From Candidatus Heimdallarchaeota archaeon (GTDB lineage Archaea; Asgardarchaeota; Heimdallarchaeia; Heimdallarchaeales; Heimdallarchaeaceae), in assembly GCA_019057815.1 (NCBI GenBank), contig JAHLWR010000004.1, positions 32,001 to 96,000 on the forward strand: a stretch of DNA of 64,000 bases, given 5' to 3'. A model generated the notes under the pieces. The model searched no databases. It saw only the letters and a list, made by a program, of their open reading frames with translations, and was not told where the DNA came from. A program made the translations under genes and the position numbers. Positions 18,474 to 28,267 of this stretch are shown piece after piece (the first letter of the stretch is position 1; the number at the start of each line of letters is the position of its first letter).

Positions 18474-18851
18474 ATGAATGGTGATGAACATAATATGATG
18501 ATGGACTGGTGGAATATCCCTTACATGGGATATATAATGGTTGCATTATTGACTGTTTTTATTATTATAGGTGTCTTTATCTACAAAGATGCGGAAAGAA
18601 GACAAATGAATGGAGCCTTATGGCTAATTTTAGTACTTATTCCTTGGATTGGAGTAATTTCTATAATTGTTTACTTGATTGTAAGGGCAAATTACCCAAT
18701 ACAAAAAACTCCTGTTCAGTATCAACCTGTAGAACCTTACCAACATTCTCAAAAGCACCAAAAAGCACTAGAGATGCTAGATGAAAGGTATGCCCGTGGA
18801 GATATCATACGCGAAGATTACTATTTAATGAAAAAAGACATCGAACAGTGA
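18474..18851 (+). CDS. Small membrane protein with C-terminal SHOCT domain
   Basis: Hydrophobic helices around YKDAERR..NGALW; ALEMLDERYARGDIIREDY. Confidence 0.8.
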   Translation: MNGDEHNMMMDWWNIPYMGYIMVALLTVFIIIGVFIYKDAERRQMNGALWLILVLIPWIGVISIIVYLIVRANYPIQKTPVQYQPVEPYQHSQKHQKALEMLDERYARGDIIREDYYLMKKDIEQ

Positions 18852-18920
18852 TGTCTTTTTGTCATTAACAAAGATTAAATAGTGTTGTTTTGGACATATT
18901 GCATAGATTAGGTGCTATGA

Positions 18921-19175
18921 TTGTACAAAAAGTATATACAATCTGTGGTTTCAGATTGTGTAAAAGAGCAAAATTACGTTGTTTTGCTTAAACCTGACAA
19001 AATAGATGAAGTTTATAAAAAAATTCAACTAAAATGTTTACTTCTAGAAAAGATCGGGACAATCATTGAAAAATATCAATTCGGAAATGTTATAATTAAG
19101 TTCTACTTAACTGGTAGGTTAGTATTAATGGATGTAGATGAATTGGAAATAACCCTCTCAAAACTCCTGGTGTAA
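18921..19175 (+). CDS. Hypothetical small protein, first gene of the iscS-iscU operon
   Basis: 84-aa ORF ending 2 nt before iscS; TTG start with upstream AGGTG. Confidence 0.55.
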   Translation: MYKKYIQSVVSDCVKEQNYVVLLKPDKIDEVYKKIQLKCLLLEKIGTIIEKYQFGNVIIKFYLTGRLVLMDVDELEITLSKLLV

Positions 19176-19177
19176 GA

Positions 19178-20395
19178 ATGGAAATGAAAAGCGTTAAAGA
19201 ATTGCTGGAAGTTCATGGAAAAGCAGAAAAAGATTGCTATTTTGATTGGGAAAATGGTTCAATTGTTGATGTAGAAGTATTTAACGCAATGAAACCGTTT
19301 TTCTTAGAAAAAGGTTATGGTAATCCAGCTATTACTCACAGAATAGGATGGGAATCTTACGAATTTTACGGAATAGAAAAGGAAAAAATCGCTAATTCAA
19401 TAAATGCTGATTCAGTAAATTTAGCTTTAACTTTCAGCAGCACAGAGTCCAACAATATAGCAGTTATAGGAACTACAAGACTTGATAAGAAAAGAAAGAA
19501 AATCCTAGTTTCTAGTGTAGAACATTTAAGTGTAATACATGCTGTAAAAGCGCTATATGATCAAGGAATCAAAATAGAAACAATTCCTGTGTCTCACAAT
19601 GGTGTTGTTAATTTAGACATTCTTCAAGAAAAATTAGATGAAAACACATTAATGGTAAGCTTACAGTCGATTAACCATGAAATTGGTACTATACAACCTG
19701 TCAAAGAAGCTATTGAAATTGTTAAAGATAAGGATGAAGATATTTATTTTCACACAGATGCTTCTGCAGCTTATGGTAGAATCCCACTCGACTTTTTGGA
19801 TCTAAACGTAGATTTTGGGACAATAAGTAGTCAGAAGATATTAGGACCTAAGAGTATCGCAGGTCTTTATGTTAAAGATGGTATAAAACTCAAATCAATT
19901 TATGAAGGACAATTAAGTGTTGAGATTTTGTCACCTGATGTGGAATATATGCCCTTACTTGCAGGTTTTGCAAAAGCTGTTGAAATTCAATTTAATAAAT
20001 TCAAAGAAATCAATGAACATACTCTTAAATTAAGAGATAAGTTGATGTATGGCCTTCAAACAACAATTCCAAGAGTTGAAATAAACGGTCCTGAAGGACA
20101 TCATCGAGCTCCTGACAATGTAAATGTAAGCTTTTTAGGTTGTGAAGGAGAAGCGTTAACATTAGAATCTAGTATGAGTGGCATATTTGCTTCAAGTGGA
20201 AGCGCATGTACAAGCCGAATATTAATGCCTAGCCATATATTAACTGCAATCGGAAGAAAACCTGAAGAAGCTCATGGTAGTTTTCTCATGAAATTAACAA
20301 GACTAAATACAGAAGAAGAAGTTAATTACACATTAGAAACCTTACCAAAAGTTATCAATCGCATTCGTTCGATTACAGGAGGTATAGAGCTTTGA
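19178..20395 (+). CDS. iscS: Cysteine desulfurase IscS/NifS homolog (divergent)
   Basis: GNP, STESNN, EHLSV, NHEIGTIQP, SSQKILGPK and the SSGSACTS catalytic Cys loop. Followed by iscU. Confidence 0.85.
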   Translation: MEMKSVKELLEVHGKAEKDCYFDWENGSIVDVEVFNAMKPFFLEKGYGNPAITHRIGWESYEFYGIEKEKIANSINADSVNLALTFSSTESNNIAVIGTTRLDKKRKKILVSSVEHLSVIHAVKALYDQGIKIETIPVSHNGVVNLDILQEKLDENTLMVSLQSINHEIGTIQPVKEAIEIVKDKDEDIYFHTDASAAYGRIPLDFLDLNVDFGTISSQKILGPKSIAGLYVKDGIKLKSIYEGQLSVEILSPDVEYMPLLAGFAKAVEIQFNKFKEINEHTLKLRDKLMYGLQTTIPRVEINGPEGHHRAPDNVNVSFLGCEGEALTLESSMSGIFASSGSACTSRILMPSHILTAIGRKPEEAHGSFLMKLTRLNTEEEVNYTLETLPKVINRIRSITGGIEL

Positions 20396-20407
20396 GGAGA
20401 TGGAAAA

Positions 20408-20905
20408 ATGTCGAGTAGAATACCGTTACCCTACGCTCCACGCGTTTTAGAGTTGTTTAGAAACCCTCAAAATCTTGGACATATGAAAGATGCAACTGTC
20501 TCTGCAACTGCAGGAAGCCCTGCTTGTGGTGATATAATCATTATCTACCTTAAGATAAATGATGAAACTGAAAGTGTTATTAAGTCAAGTTTCGAGAGCT
20601 ATGGTTGTGCATCAAATATCGCAAGTGCAAGCCAGTTGACAATACTTATCGGGAAACTAACTTTGAAAGAAGCTTGGGAAATAACATGGAAACAAGTTTC
20701 AGACAAGTTGGGAAAGCTACCAAAAATAAAAACTCATTGTGGAAGCCTAGCTGTCGGTGGTTTAAGGCGCGCAATTAGAAAATACTATTCAGAAGTAAAT
20801 AAAAAGAAGCCTGATTGGCTACCTGAAGAAATCACCAAAGATGAAAAACACGCTCTTGAAGAGGAAGCATTAGCAGAGAAAATGAAGAAAAAATATGTAC
20901 TATAG
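20408..20905 (+). CDS. iscU: Fe-S cluster scaffold IscU/NifU
   Basis: FRNPQNLG, GSPACGD, YGCASNIASAS and KTHC. Confidence 0.9.
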   Translation: MSSRIPLPYAPRVLELFRNPQNLGHMKDATVSATAGSPACGDIIIIYLKINDETESVIKSSFESYGCASNIASASQLTILIGKLTLKEAWEITWKQVSDKLGKLPKIKTHCGSLAVGGLRRAIRKYYSEVNKKKPDWLPEEITKDEKHALEEEALAEKMKKKYVL

Positions 20906-20962
20906 ATTTAGTTATCTGCAAACAATATCTTTTTAATTTTGTTTAGTTCTCTCGTGTTTGAA

Positions 20963-21301
20963 ATGAGTAGAAATATTCCTATTAAAGTAGAGAGAAGAGA
21001 AGACACCTCAAATTATTATGCTGAAAGCATTCAACTCGTACACTCGATGGCTGGATTCAAATTGATTATCTTTCGAGATAGAGCTGAATATGCTGAAGAA
21101 GCACGAATAGGCCCAGAAGCTTTGATTCCTCGATCGATCACAAAAGAAATTATTGCAGAAGTAAGTTTTTCTCCTCAACAGCTGAAGATTATGAACAAAG
21201 TTATAGAAGAACAAATTAAAAACTATGAGAGCAGATTTGGAACTATTACAATTCCAGACAAAACTCCAAAAAAAGATAATTCAACAGCTACTTTTGTTTA
21301 G
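20963..21301 (+). CDS. DUF3467-like protein
   Basis: YYAES..., FKLIIF, SPQQLK and IKNYESRFGTI pattern. ATG at 20963 chosen as start. Confidence 0.65.
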   Translation: MSRNIPIKVERREDTSNYYAESIQLVHSMAGFKLIIFRDRAEYAEEARIGPEALIPRSITKEIIAEVSFSPQQLKIMNKVIEEQIKNYESRFGTITIPDKTPKKDNSTATFV

Positions 21302-21315
21302 TTGATAGCTTATTA

Positions 21316-21693
21316 TCATCTTTTTTGAATTTCTTCAATTGTTTGTAATAATTCATCTAAACTAAATGGTTTTCGCAAAAAGTATGGAATTCCTAAATCC
21401 GTAACTTCTTTCTTTGTGATTCTGTCATCAGCAGTAGCAATTATAATCTGATTCTTAATATCAGGTGAAATTTCTAATAGCTTTTTTGTAACTTCAATAC
21501 CAGACTTTTCAGGAATACGGATGTCTATTAAAAATACAATATCATGAATTTTCTCTTTGAGTTGTTCTATTTTTTCTATAGCAGTTTTTCCACTCGAGAC
21601 AACTCCTTCAATCTCTATTCCTTCTCTATCAAAAAGCATCGTATAGAGGTTAGAAATGTCGGATTCATCTTCTATTATGTATACCTTTTTCAT
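21316..21693 (-). CDS. Single-domain response regulator (CheY-like)
   Basis: IIEDE, LIDIRIPEKSG, IATAD and LRKPF. Confidence 0.9.
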   Translation of the reverse strand: MKKVYIIEDESDISNLYTMLFDREGIEIEGVVSSGKTAIEKIEQLKEKIHDIVFLIDIRIPEKSGIEVTKKLLEISPDIKNQIIIATADDRITKKEVTDLGIPYFLRKPFSLDELLQTIEEIQKR

Positions 21694-22018
21694 TGTTTAG
21701 ACCTATGATAACAATCGCTATTAAAAACATTGAAGCGTATTTATTAAGTATTTCGTCATCTCTCATCTACAAGATAAAAAACCAATAATGTTATTTAAAA
21801 CTAATAAAATAGAAAAGAAATATTTGTATGACAGCCATCTACCTGAAAATTATTTTGTCTCCTTGTCAACTAAGGAAAGAGAGGGAAAAAGCGGGAGTAT
21901 ATAGGAAAAAAAGTATCCAGAGATGACCTTCTACGAAAGATTCGGTTTTACAGCAAGGAGACTTAATATTTCATAAATATGCATAAGATATTTAAGTAAA
22001 GAAATAATAATATGAACC

Positions 22019-22510
22019 ATGCGGTTTAGAAAAGGAAAAATCTACTTTTTCCTATATTTAACAACATCAGCGTTTCTTGTATGTGTGTCGAATGTTTCAG
22101 CTGGGGAATACTTTTGGTTCGATGTAGGACCAAATCAGTTTAAGAGAACATCATTTACAAGTGAAGGAAATTATTCTTTGATTCAATTAACCATTAATGT
22201 TGAGTATGGAGGACCTGTCTCTGTTTTCATTCTGGATCAAGCTTCATATAATTCATGGCAATTAGGGGGAGAAGTATCTGCTAAGGCTGGAGGACAGAAT
22301 ATAACCGATAAAATGACAATAGAAGGACAACTTGGACCACCAGGTGAATATGAGTTGATTGTAGATAATCGTCAAAATAGTAATAATGCAGGAGTAAATA
22401 TTGATTTTGTAGTTACACTTCCTGGTTACTCAGCTCTTCTATCTTTCTTAGCGTTAATACCTCTAGTGATCTTTTTAAAGAAAAAGAAGATAAAAAAGAA
22501 TATTAGATAG
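22019..22510 (+). CDS. Secreted, C-terminally anchored beta-sandwich (GOLD/p24-like) protein
   Basis: Signal peptide, GEYELIVDN strand motif, PGY followed by a TM helix and a poly-Lys tail. Confidence 0.6.
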   Translation: MRFRKGKIYFFLYLTTSAFLVCVSNVSAGEYFWFDVGPNQFKRTSFTSEGNYSLIQLTINVEYGGPVSVFILDQASYNSWQLGGEVSAKAGGQNITDKMTIEGQLGPPGEYELIVDNRQNSNNAGVNIDFVVTLPGYSALLSFLALIPLVIFLKKKKIKKNIR

Positions 22511-22608
22511 AAATTAGGGACTTGTAAAGTTGATAAGTTAATTCCAAATCATTAGAAACAGTTAAAAAATGTAAGTCAATTTTCAAATATAAAATGTAAT
22601 GTGATATT

Positions 22609-22911
22609 ATGACTATTCTACCAGACCATGAAGCTGTAAATTATAGGTACGATGTTCAATCTATGATTAAACATCCAGATCTTAAAAGAGATGATAAAAA
22701 CAGAATCCGTGATCATATTAACAAAGATTGTATTGGGGATTGTTTACTTGTAATAGGGATGTCTGGAATGATAAAAGTACACTTCCATACAGATGAACCA
22801 GAAAAGTTGCGCGATGTATTGGGACAATATGGTGAACTTGAGAATTTTGATATTGAGGATATGAAAGAACAATTTGAAGCTTTCAAAGCAAAACAAAAAG
22901 AGAATCAGTGA
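22609..22911 (+). CDS. Stand-alone FakA/DAK2-family middle-domain protein
   Basis: GDCLLVIG...IKVHFHTDEP...G.L...DIEDM..Q matches the FakA/YloV linker domain. Confidence 0.7.
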   Translation: MTILPDHEAVNYRYDVQSMIKHPDLKRDDKNRIRDHINKDCIGDCLLVIGMSGMIKVHFHTDEPEKLRDVLGQYGELENFDIEDMKEQFEAFKAKQKENQ

Positions 22912-23306
22912 AAATGAGCTCTCTATATCTACAGAGTTCCTTATGTAAGAATTGTGGTCACTGTTGCTTCAATTGTAGTTTTTTGGGAGATAATGGTTGT
23001 ACTGATTTGGAGTACAGCTCAAAAACTAGATGTGGATCTTTCCCAATAATTTTTGGAAATTCTTCTAAAATGGGTTACAATAACTTGTATGAACTTTCTG
23101 ATCCTGATTTGTATGAAAATCCAAATAAAATAAAGAGTTTCATTTATGAATATCCAAAATGCCATCTTATTCAGAAAGAGCGATTTTTCAATGTTTTAAG
23201 ATGGTTTGTTAACGATATAAATATAAGTGACAAAAAAGTGCAATTTTTTGTTAGTTTCAACACAGATAATCTTTATATTGAGTATAATCCTACCAAAAAG
23301 TTATAA
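22908..23306 (+). CDS. CxxCxxCC (YkgJ-like) cysteine-cluster protein
   Basis: CKNCGHCC..CSFL...C...CGSFP. GTGA overlap with the upstream gene. Confidence 0.6.
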   Translation: MKMSSLYLQSSLCKNCGHCCFNCSFLGDNGCTDLEYSSKTRCGSFPIIFGNSSKMGYNNLYELSDPDLYENPNKIKSFIYEYPKCHLIQKERFFNVLRWFVNDINISDKKVQFFVSFNTDNLYIEYNPTKKL

Positions 23307-23330
23307 TCAGCTTTTTCATCAAATAATTAG

Positions 23331-25871
23331 ATGGTTCAGAGATTTAGTCTATCTAGACGTTTGATTGTTATGACAGTTTTGTTTTCTTTTCTACTTCTAC
23401 TTTTACTAATCTCACTTATTAGTATATCAACAGAAATTAGAATAGATCGTATATATGAGCAAGCTTCAGAGGATTACCTAGATTCGAAAATAGCAAGTAT
23501 GCACATTGCAAGTCATCAATTTGTTCAATCAATTGATAACCTTATCGGAGGGATGAAAGTAACTCTTAATAAAACAGTAAATTCAGTTAGAACCTCTCTT
23601 TTTTCAGATTCAGCATTTTCAACTTATGTAAGTAACATCTCGTTCTTTAATGATCAAGATTGTTACAGTTATATTAATGGATACATTAATTCAAGTGTGG
23701 ATAGAAGTGATAACATCTTTTTTTATGATTCCAATTCAGATGGAATAAATGATATGGAACTTCCTGGTGCAGTTCTCTTTGGTGATGTTAAATCTCATTT
23801 AAATATTAGTGGGGAATACTATTTGCAAATCAATGCATCTATTCAAGGAACACTTTCTGAAGATGCAAAAATATTTCTTTACGCATATGTGAATGAATCA
23901 AGTGTTCAAATAGAGTTTACTTATGAATATAAAACTTTTTTCGGAGAAAATTTTGATAATACAATATTAAGTGAATGGAGAAGTAATAATCCCACTCTCC
24001 CAAATACAATAGAAGATACTTTACATGAATTGCAACCTGAATATTTACAATCTTATTTTCTTATATTAGAACCCAGTAATAGTACGATAACGATTTCAAA
24101 AATATCAGAAAAATCTAGAATTGATGGTTGTGTGAATGGTTCTTTAGATGGTTATTACGAAGGAACTATTCAAGGGAATCTCAATGGTGAAGTATCAGGT
24201 TATATCGATAAAAGACCTATGGAAATAAATTCGTTCTTTCCACCCTTTCTTGCACCGTTTTTGGAATGGGTGTACTTTGCTACACCGAATTATATTATTA
24301 TCTTTCCAATTGCTCCTGATTATAGGATTGACTTAGGAGTAGGATTAGGATTAAGTGCGAATTTTGATTGGCTAAAAAGACCTTGGTATAGAGAAATACT
24401 AGAACAAGAACAGGAAAAAGTTTTAGCTGGTGGCACTCCTAGCAACGAAAGTTATTTCTCAGATTTAGGAATAGATTACGTAAACCAAAACTTGTTTATT
24501 TCGCTAGGGCAGGCAGTTTACAATGAAACAGGAAATTATGAGGGATTATTTGTTTTAGATTTCAACCTTGAATATATGATGGATGCTATAGAACTCGCTA
24601 TAACAGAAGATGACTTTAATTTGATTGTCAATAAGAATGGTGATATTCTCCTTTCACCAGAATATCTTAAAAATATTTCACGTACTCCTAAGGAAGTTTT
24701 TCCTACAGAGAATATTTACGATCTTAATAACTCTGATTTAGAAACAGCATTTTCCTATTCGAAACAAGGATACATTGGTAATGCAACTCTAACCTTTGAG
24801 AACGAATCATATATTTTAATTTACCAAGAAATTGAGCAGTTAGATTGGTATCTTCTTCACTTCACTCCTGAAGATTTGTTACGAGAAGAATTTAATCCTT
24901 TATTGATGGATTTAGAAAAACATCTAAGAGCTATGCAAAGAGGTTTGATTATTGGTTCTATTGTTATTATCACATTTATCAGCATCTTTGCTCTTATTCT
25001 TTCATATTCATTCCGAAGATATCTTCAAACCCTCCTAAATGGGATTTATGCCGTTTCAGAAGGTGATTTAAGTTTTTCTTTCAAACTTGCTGAAGAACAA
25101 AAAATAAGCGAGTTAACTGAAGTTTTTTATGCTTTTGAAGAAATGGCTCTAAAATTAGATGATTCTTTGAGAAAAGAGCGTGAAGCATCATATTTTGCAC
25201 AACTAACTTTGGATCTTTTTGTTCATGATCTATCCAATTATTACCAAGCTTTGCGAGGATATATAAATTTCCTAGAAAAAATGGTTGCTGAGGATCCAAA
25301 TGCAAAAGAAATCGTAGAGAATTTGGATAGAATCCTCGATAAAGCTGATGAATTAAGGTCTAAGGTAGTTAAACTACAACTTGTTGAAGAGAAAAGTTTT
25401 GATATTAAGATAAATAAGTTGGTACCATATATTGATGAAGCAGAGCAATACATACGTAGAACCTATCCAGATTATGATATGACAATCGATAAGAATTTTG
25501 ATGAAGGTGTGGAAGTTCTAGCTGACTCCTTCCTTGTTGATATTTTCAAGTACCTTTTAGAAAATGGATTAAATTCTGCTAATAATAATAAGATTCAATT
25601 TGTAATAACAGCAAATAGGATTCAACTAGACTCTAAAAAGTTCTGGCAAATATCCGTTGAGGATGATGGTAAAGGTATATCTGATGAACACAAAAAACAG
25701 ATTACTAGTAGCTTTAGAACAGGAAAAAGAATTAAAGGTTTAGGGATGATGATTATTTTTAAAATAATCAGAATGATAGGTGGTACTCTATCTATTGAAG
25801 ATCGCATAAAGGGAGATTATACAAAAGGTGCGAAAATTATTTTTACCTTAAGAGATAGCAAAGAAAAGTAA
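23331..25871 (+). CDS. Membrane sensor histidine kinase (extracellular dCache-like, HAMP, HisKA, HATPase)
   Basis: Two TM helices, the RPWY Cache motif, HAMP segment, FVHDLSN H-box, EDDGKGI and GLG boxes. Confidence 0.9.
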   Translation: MVQRFSLSRRLIVMTVLFSFLLLLLLISLISISTEIRIDRIYEQASEDYLDSKIASMHIASHQFVQSIDNLIGGMKVTLNKTVNSVRTSLFSDSAFSTYVSNISFFNDQDCYSYINGYINSSVDRSDNIFFYDSNSDGINDMELPGAVLFGDVKSHLNISGEYYLQINASIQGTLSEDAKIFLYAYVNESSVQIEFTYEYKTFFGENFDNTILSEWRSNNPTLPNTIEDTLHELQPEYLQSYFLILEPSNSTITISKISEKSRIDGCVNGSLDGYYEGTIQGNLNGEVSGYIDKRPMEINSFFPPFLAPFLEWVYFATPNYIIIFPIAPDYRIDLGVGLGLSANFDWLKRPWYREILEQEQEKVLAGGTPSNESYFSDLGIDYVNQNLFISLGQAVYNETGNYEGLFVLDFNLEYMMDAIELAITEDDFNLIVNKNGDILLSPEYLKNISRTPKEVFPTENIYDLNNSDLETAFSYSKQGYIGNATLTFENESYILIYQEIEQLDWYLLHFTPEDLLREEFNPLLMDLEKHLRAMQRGLIIGSIVIITFISIFALILSYSFRRYLQTLLNGIYAVSEGDLSFSFKLAEEQKISELTEVFYAFEEMALKLDDSLRKEREASYFAQLTLDLFVHDLSNYYQALRGYINFLEKMVAEDPNAKEIVENLDRILDKADELRSKVVKLQLVEEKSFDIKINKLVPYIDEAEQYIRRTYPDYDMTIDKNFDEGVEVLADSFLVDIFKYLLENGLNSANNNKIQFVITANRIQLDSKKFWQISVEDDGKGISDEHKKQITSSFRTGKRIKGLGMMIIFKIIRMIGGTLSIEDRIKGDYTKGAKIIFTLRDSKEK

Positions 25872-26186
25872 TTATGGACTTATTTCATCATTTTTCTTCT
25901 TTTTTTCTTTTACTTTTGCTTTAACATCAGCTTTAAGGTTAAGGTAGAGGGGTATTATCACTACAACTATTAATATTCCAGAAAGGACTAAACTGGTTAT
26001 TATCCAGGGAGATTCACCTAAATTTACGTCATTCCACAAATCTCTAATCCCAAAAACAATAGTTACAACCCAAATAGCAATAAATGCGGTAAGCGCGAGA
26101 TATTTCCCAATCTTTGTAATTTTCTGAATTTGCTCATTTTTTTTATCTGTTAAAACTTCAACTGATTTTTCGTTGTCGTTAGGCAT
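25872..26186 (-). CDS. Hypothetical 2-TM membrane protein
   Basis: Two clear hydrophobic helices with charged termini. Confidence 0.65.
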   Translation of the reverse strand: MPNDNEKSVEVLTDKKNEQIQKITKIGKYLALTAFIAIWVVTIVFGIRDLWNDVNLGESPWIITSLVLSGILIVVVIIPLYLNLKADVKAKVKEKKKKNDEISP

Positions 26187-26340
26187 ATTCCAATAGACAA
26201 AACAAGGAATACTTTAATGTTTTGACAAGTAAACCAAAATCAAACGAAATTTGATTTTACTATTTTAAAAATTAGTCTCTTTTTGAAAAACCTTAAAAAC
26301 CTTTTTGTAAAGAAACACTATAGCGTAAGGAGATTTATAA

Positions 26341-27405
26341 ATGACTATTAAAATCAATGAAGAATTTCTTAAAAAACTAGTAATAACCCCAAGAGCTACA
26401 GGATATGAGTTTCCAGCTCAAAAACTTATCAAATCTTATCTGGAAAAAGATGTTGATGAAATTTATAGCGATCGTGTTGGCAACTTATTTGCAGTTATTA
26501 ATCCAGAAAACCCTTTCAAAATTATGTTAGCTGGACATATTGATCAAATTGGATTTCAGATTTCTTATATAGATGACCAAGGTTATCTTTGGTTTCTACC
26601 CTTAGGTGGTTTTGACACTACCACATTACCTGGGAAACGCGTAAGAGTTATAGGAAAGAACGGTGAAAATCTGGGACTTATAGGAAAGAAAGCAGTACAT
26701 CTAATGAAACCAGAGGAAATGAAAAAAGCTCCGGAAATGGAAAAATTGTTTATTGACATTGGCTGTAAAAACAAAGATGAAGCAGAAGAAAAAGTGCAAG
26801 TAGGAGATTTTGCTGTTTTTGACTATGGATATAGTAGAATAGGTGATAATAATTATGCTATCGCTGCAGGTTTTGATGATTCTATCGGTTCCTTCATTAT
26901 TTGCGAAATTATGAAAGAGTTAGCAAAAGACAAGAATTTCTACGCTGGTGTTTACGGTGTTTCAACGGTTCAAGAAGAGATTGGTTTCCGTGGTGCTCAT
27001 GTTGCTGCTCGAAAGATTAACCCAGATGTTGGAATTGCTTTTGATGTAGGTTTTACAGCAGATGCCCCCGAAGTGGAGAAAAAAATGGTTGGTGATACCA
27101 AAATTGGTGAAGGACCTATTATATCCATTGGTCCAAATTTAAATCCTGAAGTAGTCAAAAGACTTATCGAAATAGCTGAAAAAAGCAAAATACCTTATCA
27201 GAAAAATGCGGCTAATAGGGGTACAGGAACAGACGCTAACGCAATTCAGCTAACAGGAGCAGCTACAGCCCTGATATCTATCCCAAATAGATACATGCAC
27301 ACTGCTTCGGAACTCATAAGTTTAGAAGATGTTGATAACATAGTTCAATTAACAGTGGAATTCATAAAATCAATAAAAGAGGAAGATAAGTTTCTTCCAT
27401 TTTAA
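26341..27405 (+). CDS. M42-family metallopeptidase (TET-like aminopeptidase)
   Basis: GHID, LGG, FIDIG, FDD, VQEEIG, GTDA and RYMHT. Confidence 0.9.
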   Translation: MTIKINEEFLKKLVITPRATGYEFPAQKLIKSYLEKDVDEIYSDRVGNLFAVINPENPFKIMLAGHIDQIGFQISYIDDQGYLWFLPLGGFDTTTLPGKRVRVIGKNGENLGLIGKKAVHLMKPEEMKKAPEMEKLFIDIGCKNKDEAEEKVQVGDFAVFDYGYSRIGDNNYAIAAGFDDSIGSFIICEIMKELAKDKNFYAGVYGVSTVQEEIGFRGAHVAARKINPDVGIAFDVGFTADAPEVEKKMVGDTKIGEGPIISIGPNLNPEVVKRLIEIAEKSKIPYQKNAANRGTGTDANAIQLTGAATALISIPNRYMHTASELISLEDVDNIVQLTVEFIKSIKEEDKFLPF

Positions 27406-27412
27406 TTCTTCT

Positions 27413-28249
27413 TTATTCAATGAGCATGGTTAGGTCAAAGTTTTTCACTGTGTGAGTAAGAGCTCCTGATGAGATCACATCTACTCCCTCAATCGCGTAT
27501 AATTCTACATTTTCAAAATTAATATTCCCACTTAATTCTATTAGAACGGAAGGATTAACATTCTTAATTGCTGGGATAACAAGTTTAACATTAACAGGTT
27601 TGAAATTGTCCAACATAATTATATCAGCACCTGCAGAAGCTGCTTCCAAAGCTTCTTCTTTGTTTTTGACTTCAACTTCGATTTTTTTACTAAAACTTGT
27701 CTTGCTTTTTGCTTTTTCTATTGCTTCAGTTATAGATTTGAACATCTTCAAATGGTTTTCTTTCAAAAGGATCATATCAGAGAGATTAAAACGATGCGTG
27801 TCCCCTCCACCTTTTGAGATTGCATACTTGTCGTATTTTGCTAACCCAGGAGCTGTTTTTCTTGTTGCACAAATTCTAATGTTTGGGTTATACTGTTTAG
27901 TAATATTAATCATTAGGTCTGTTTGAGTAGCAATACCGGATAATCTACCTAAAATGTTCAGAGACAATCTTTCTATCTGTAACAATGAATGGATATTTCC
28001 TGTGAAAGAAACAATAGGTGTTTTATTAGCTACTTTGGACCCCTCTTCTACGAGAAGTTTTATTTCTGTTCCTACCATTTCAAAAGCTCTCTCAACTAAA
28101 AACAAACCTGCGATTATACCTTCTTGTTTAGCAAAAATTTGCCCTTTAGCTTTATAATTAGGTAATAAAGATGTAGTAATGTCCCAAAGAGGGATGTCTT
28201 CTGCAAGCCATCTTTTAAGATCTTCATCAATAAGAATTTGCGGAATCAT
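27413..28249 (-). CDS. nadC: Nicotinate-nucleotide diphosphorylase (quinolinate phosphoribosyltransferase)
   Basis: ERLSLN, SGIAT, TRKTAPG, HRFNLSD..LLKENH, EVEV, IMLDN and SGNI. Confidence 0.95.
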   Translation of the reverse strand: MIPQILIDEDLKRWLAEDIPLWDITTSLLPNYKAKGQIFAKQEGIIAGLFLVERAFEMVGTEIKLLVEEGSKVANKTPIVSFTGNIHSLLQIERLSLNILGRLSGIATQTDLMINITKQYNPNIRICATRKTAPGLAKYDKYAISKGGGDTHRFNLSDMILLKENHLKMFKSITEAIEKAKSKTSFSKKIEVEVKNKEEALEAASAGADIIMLDNFKPVNVKLVIPAIKNVNPSVLIELSGNINFENVELYAIEGVDVISSGALTHTVKNFDLTMLIE

Positions 28250-28267
28250 TGTGAATCTTTCGTGAGT

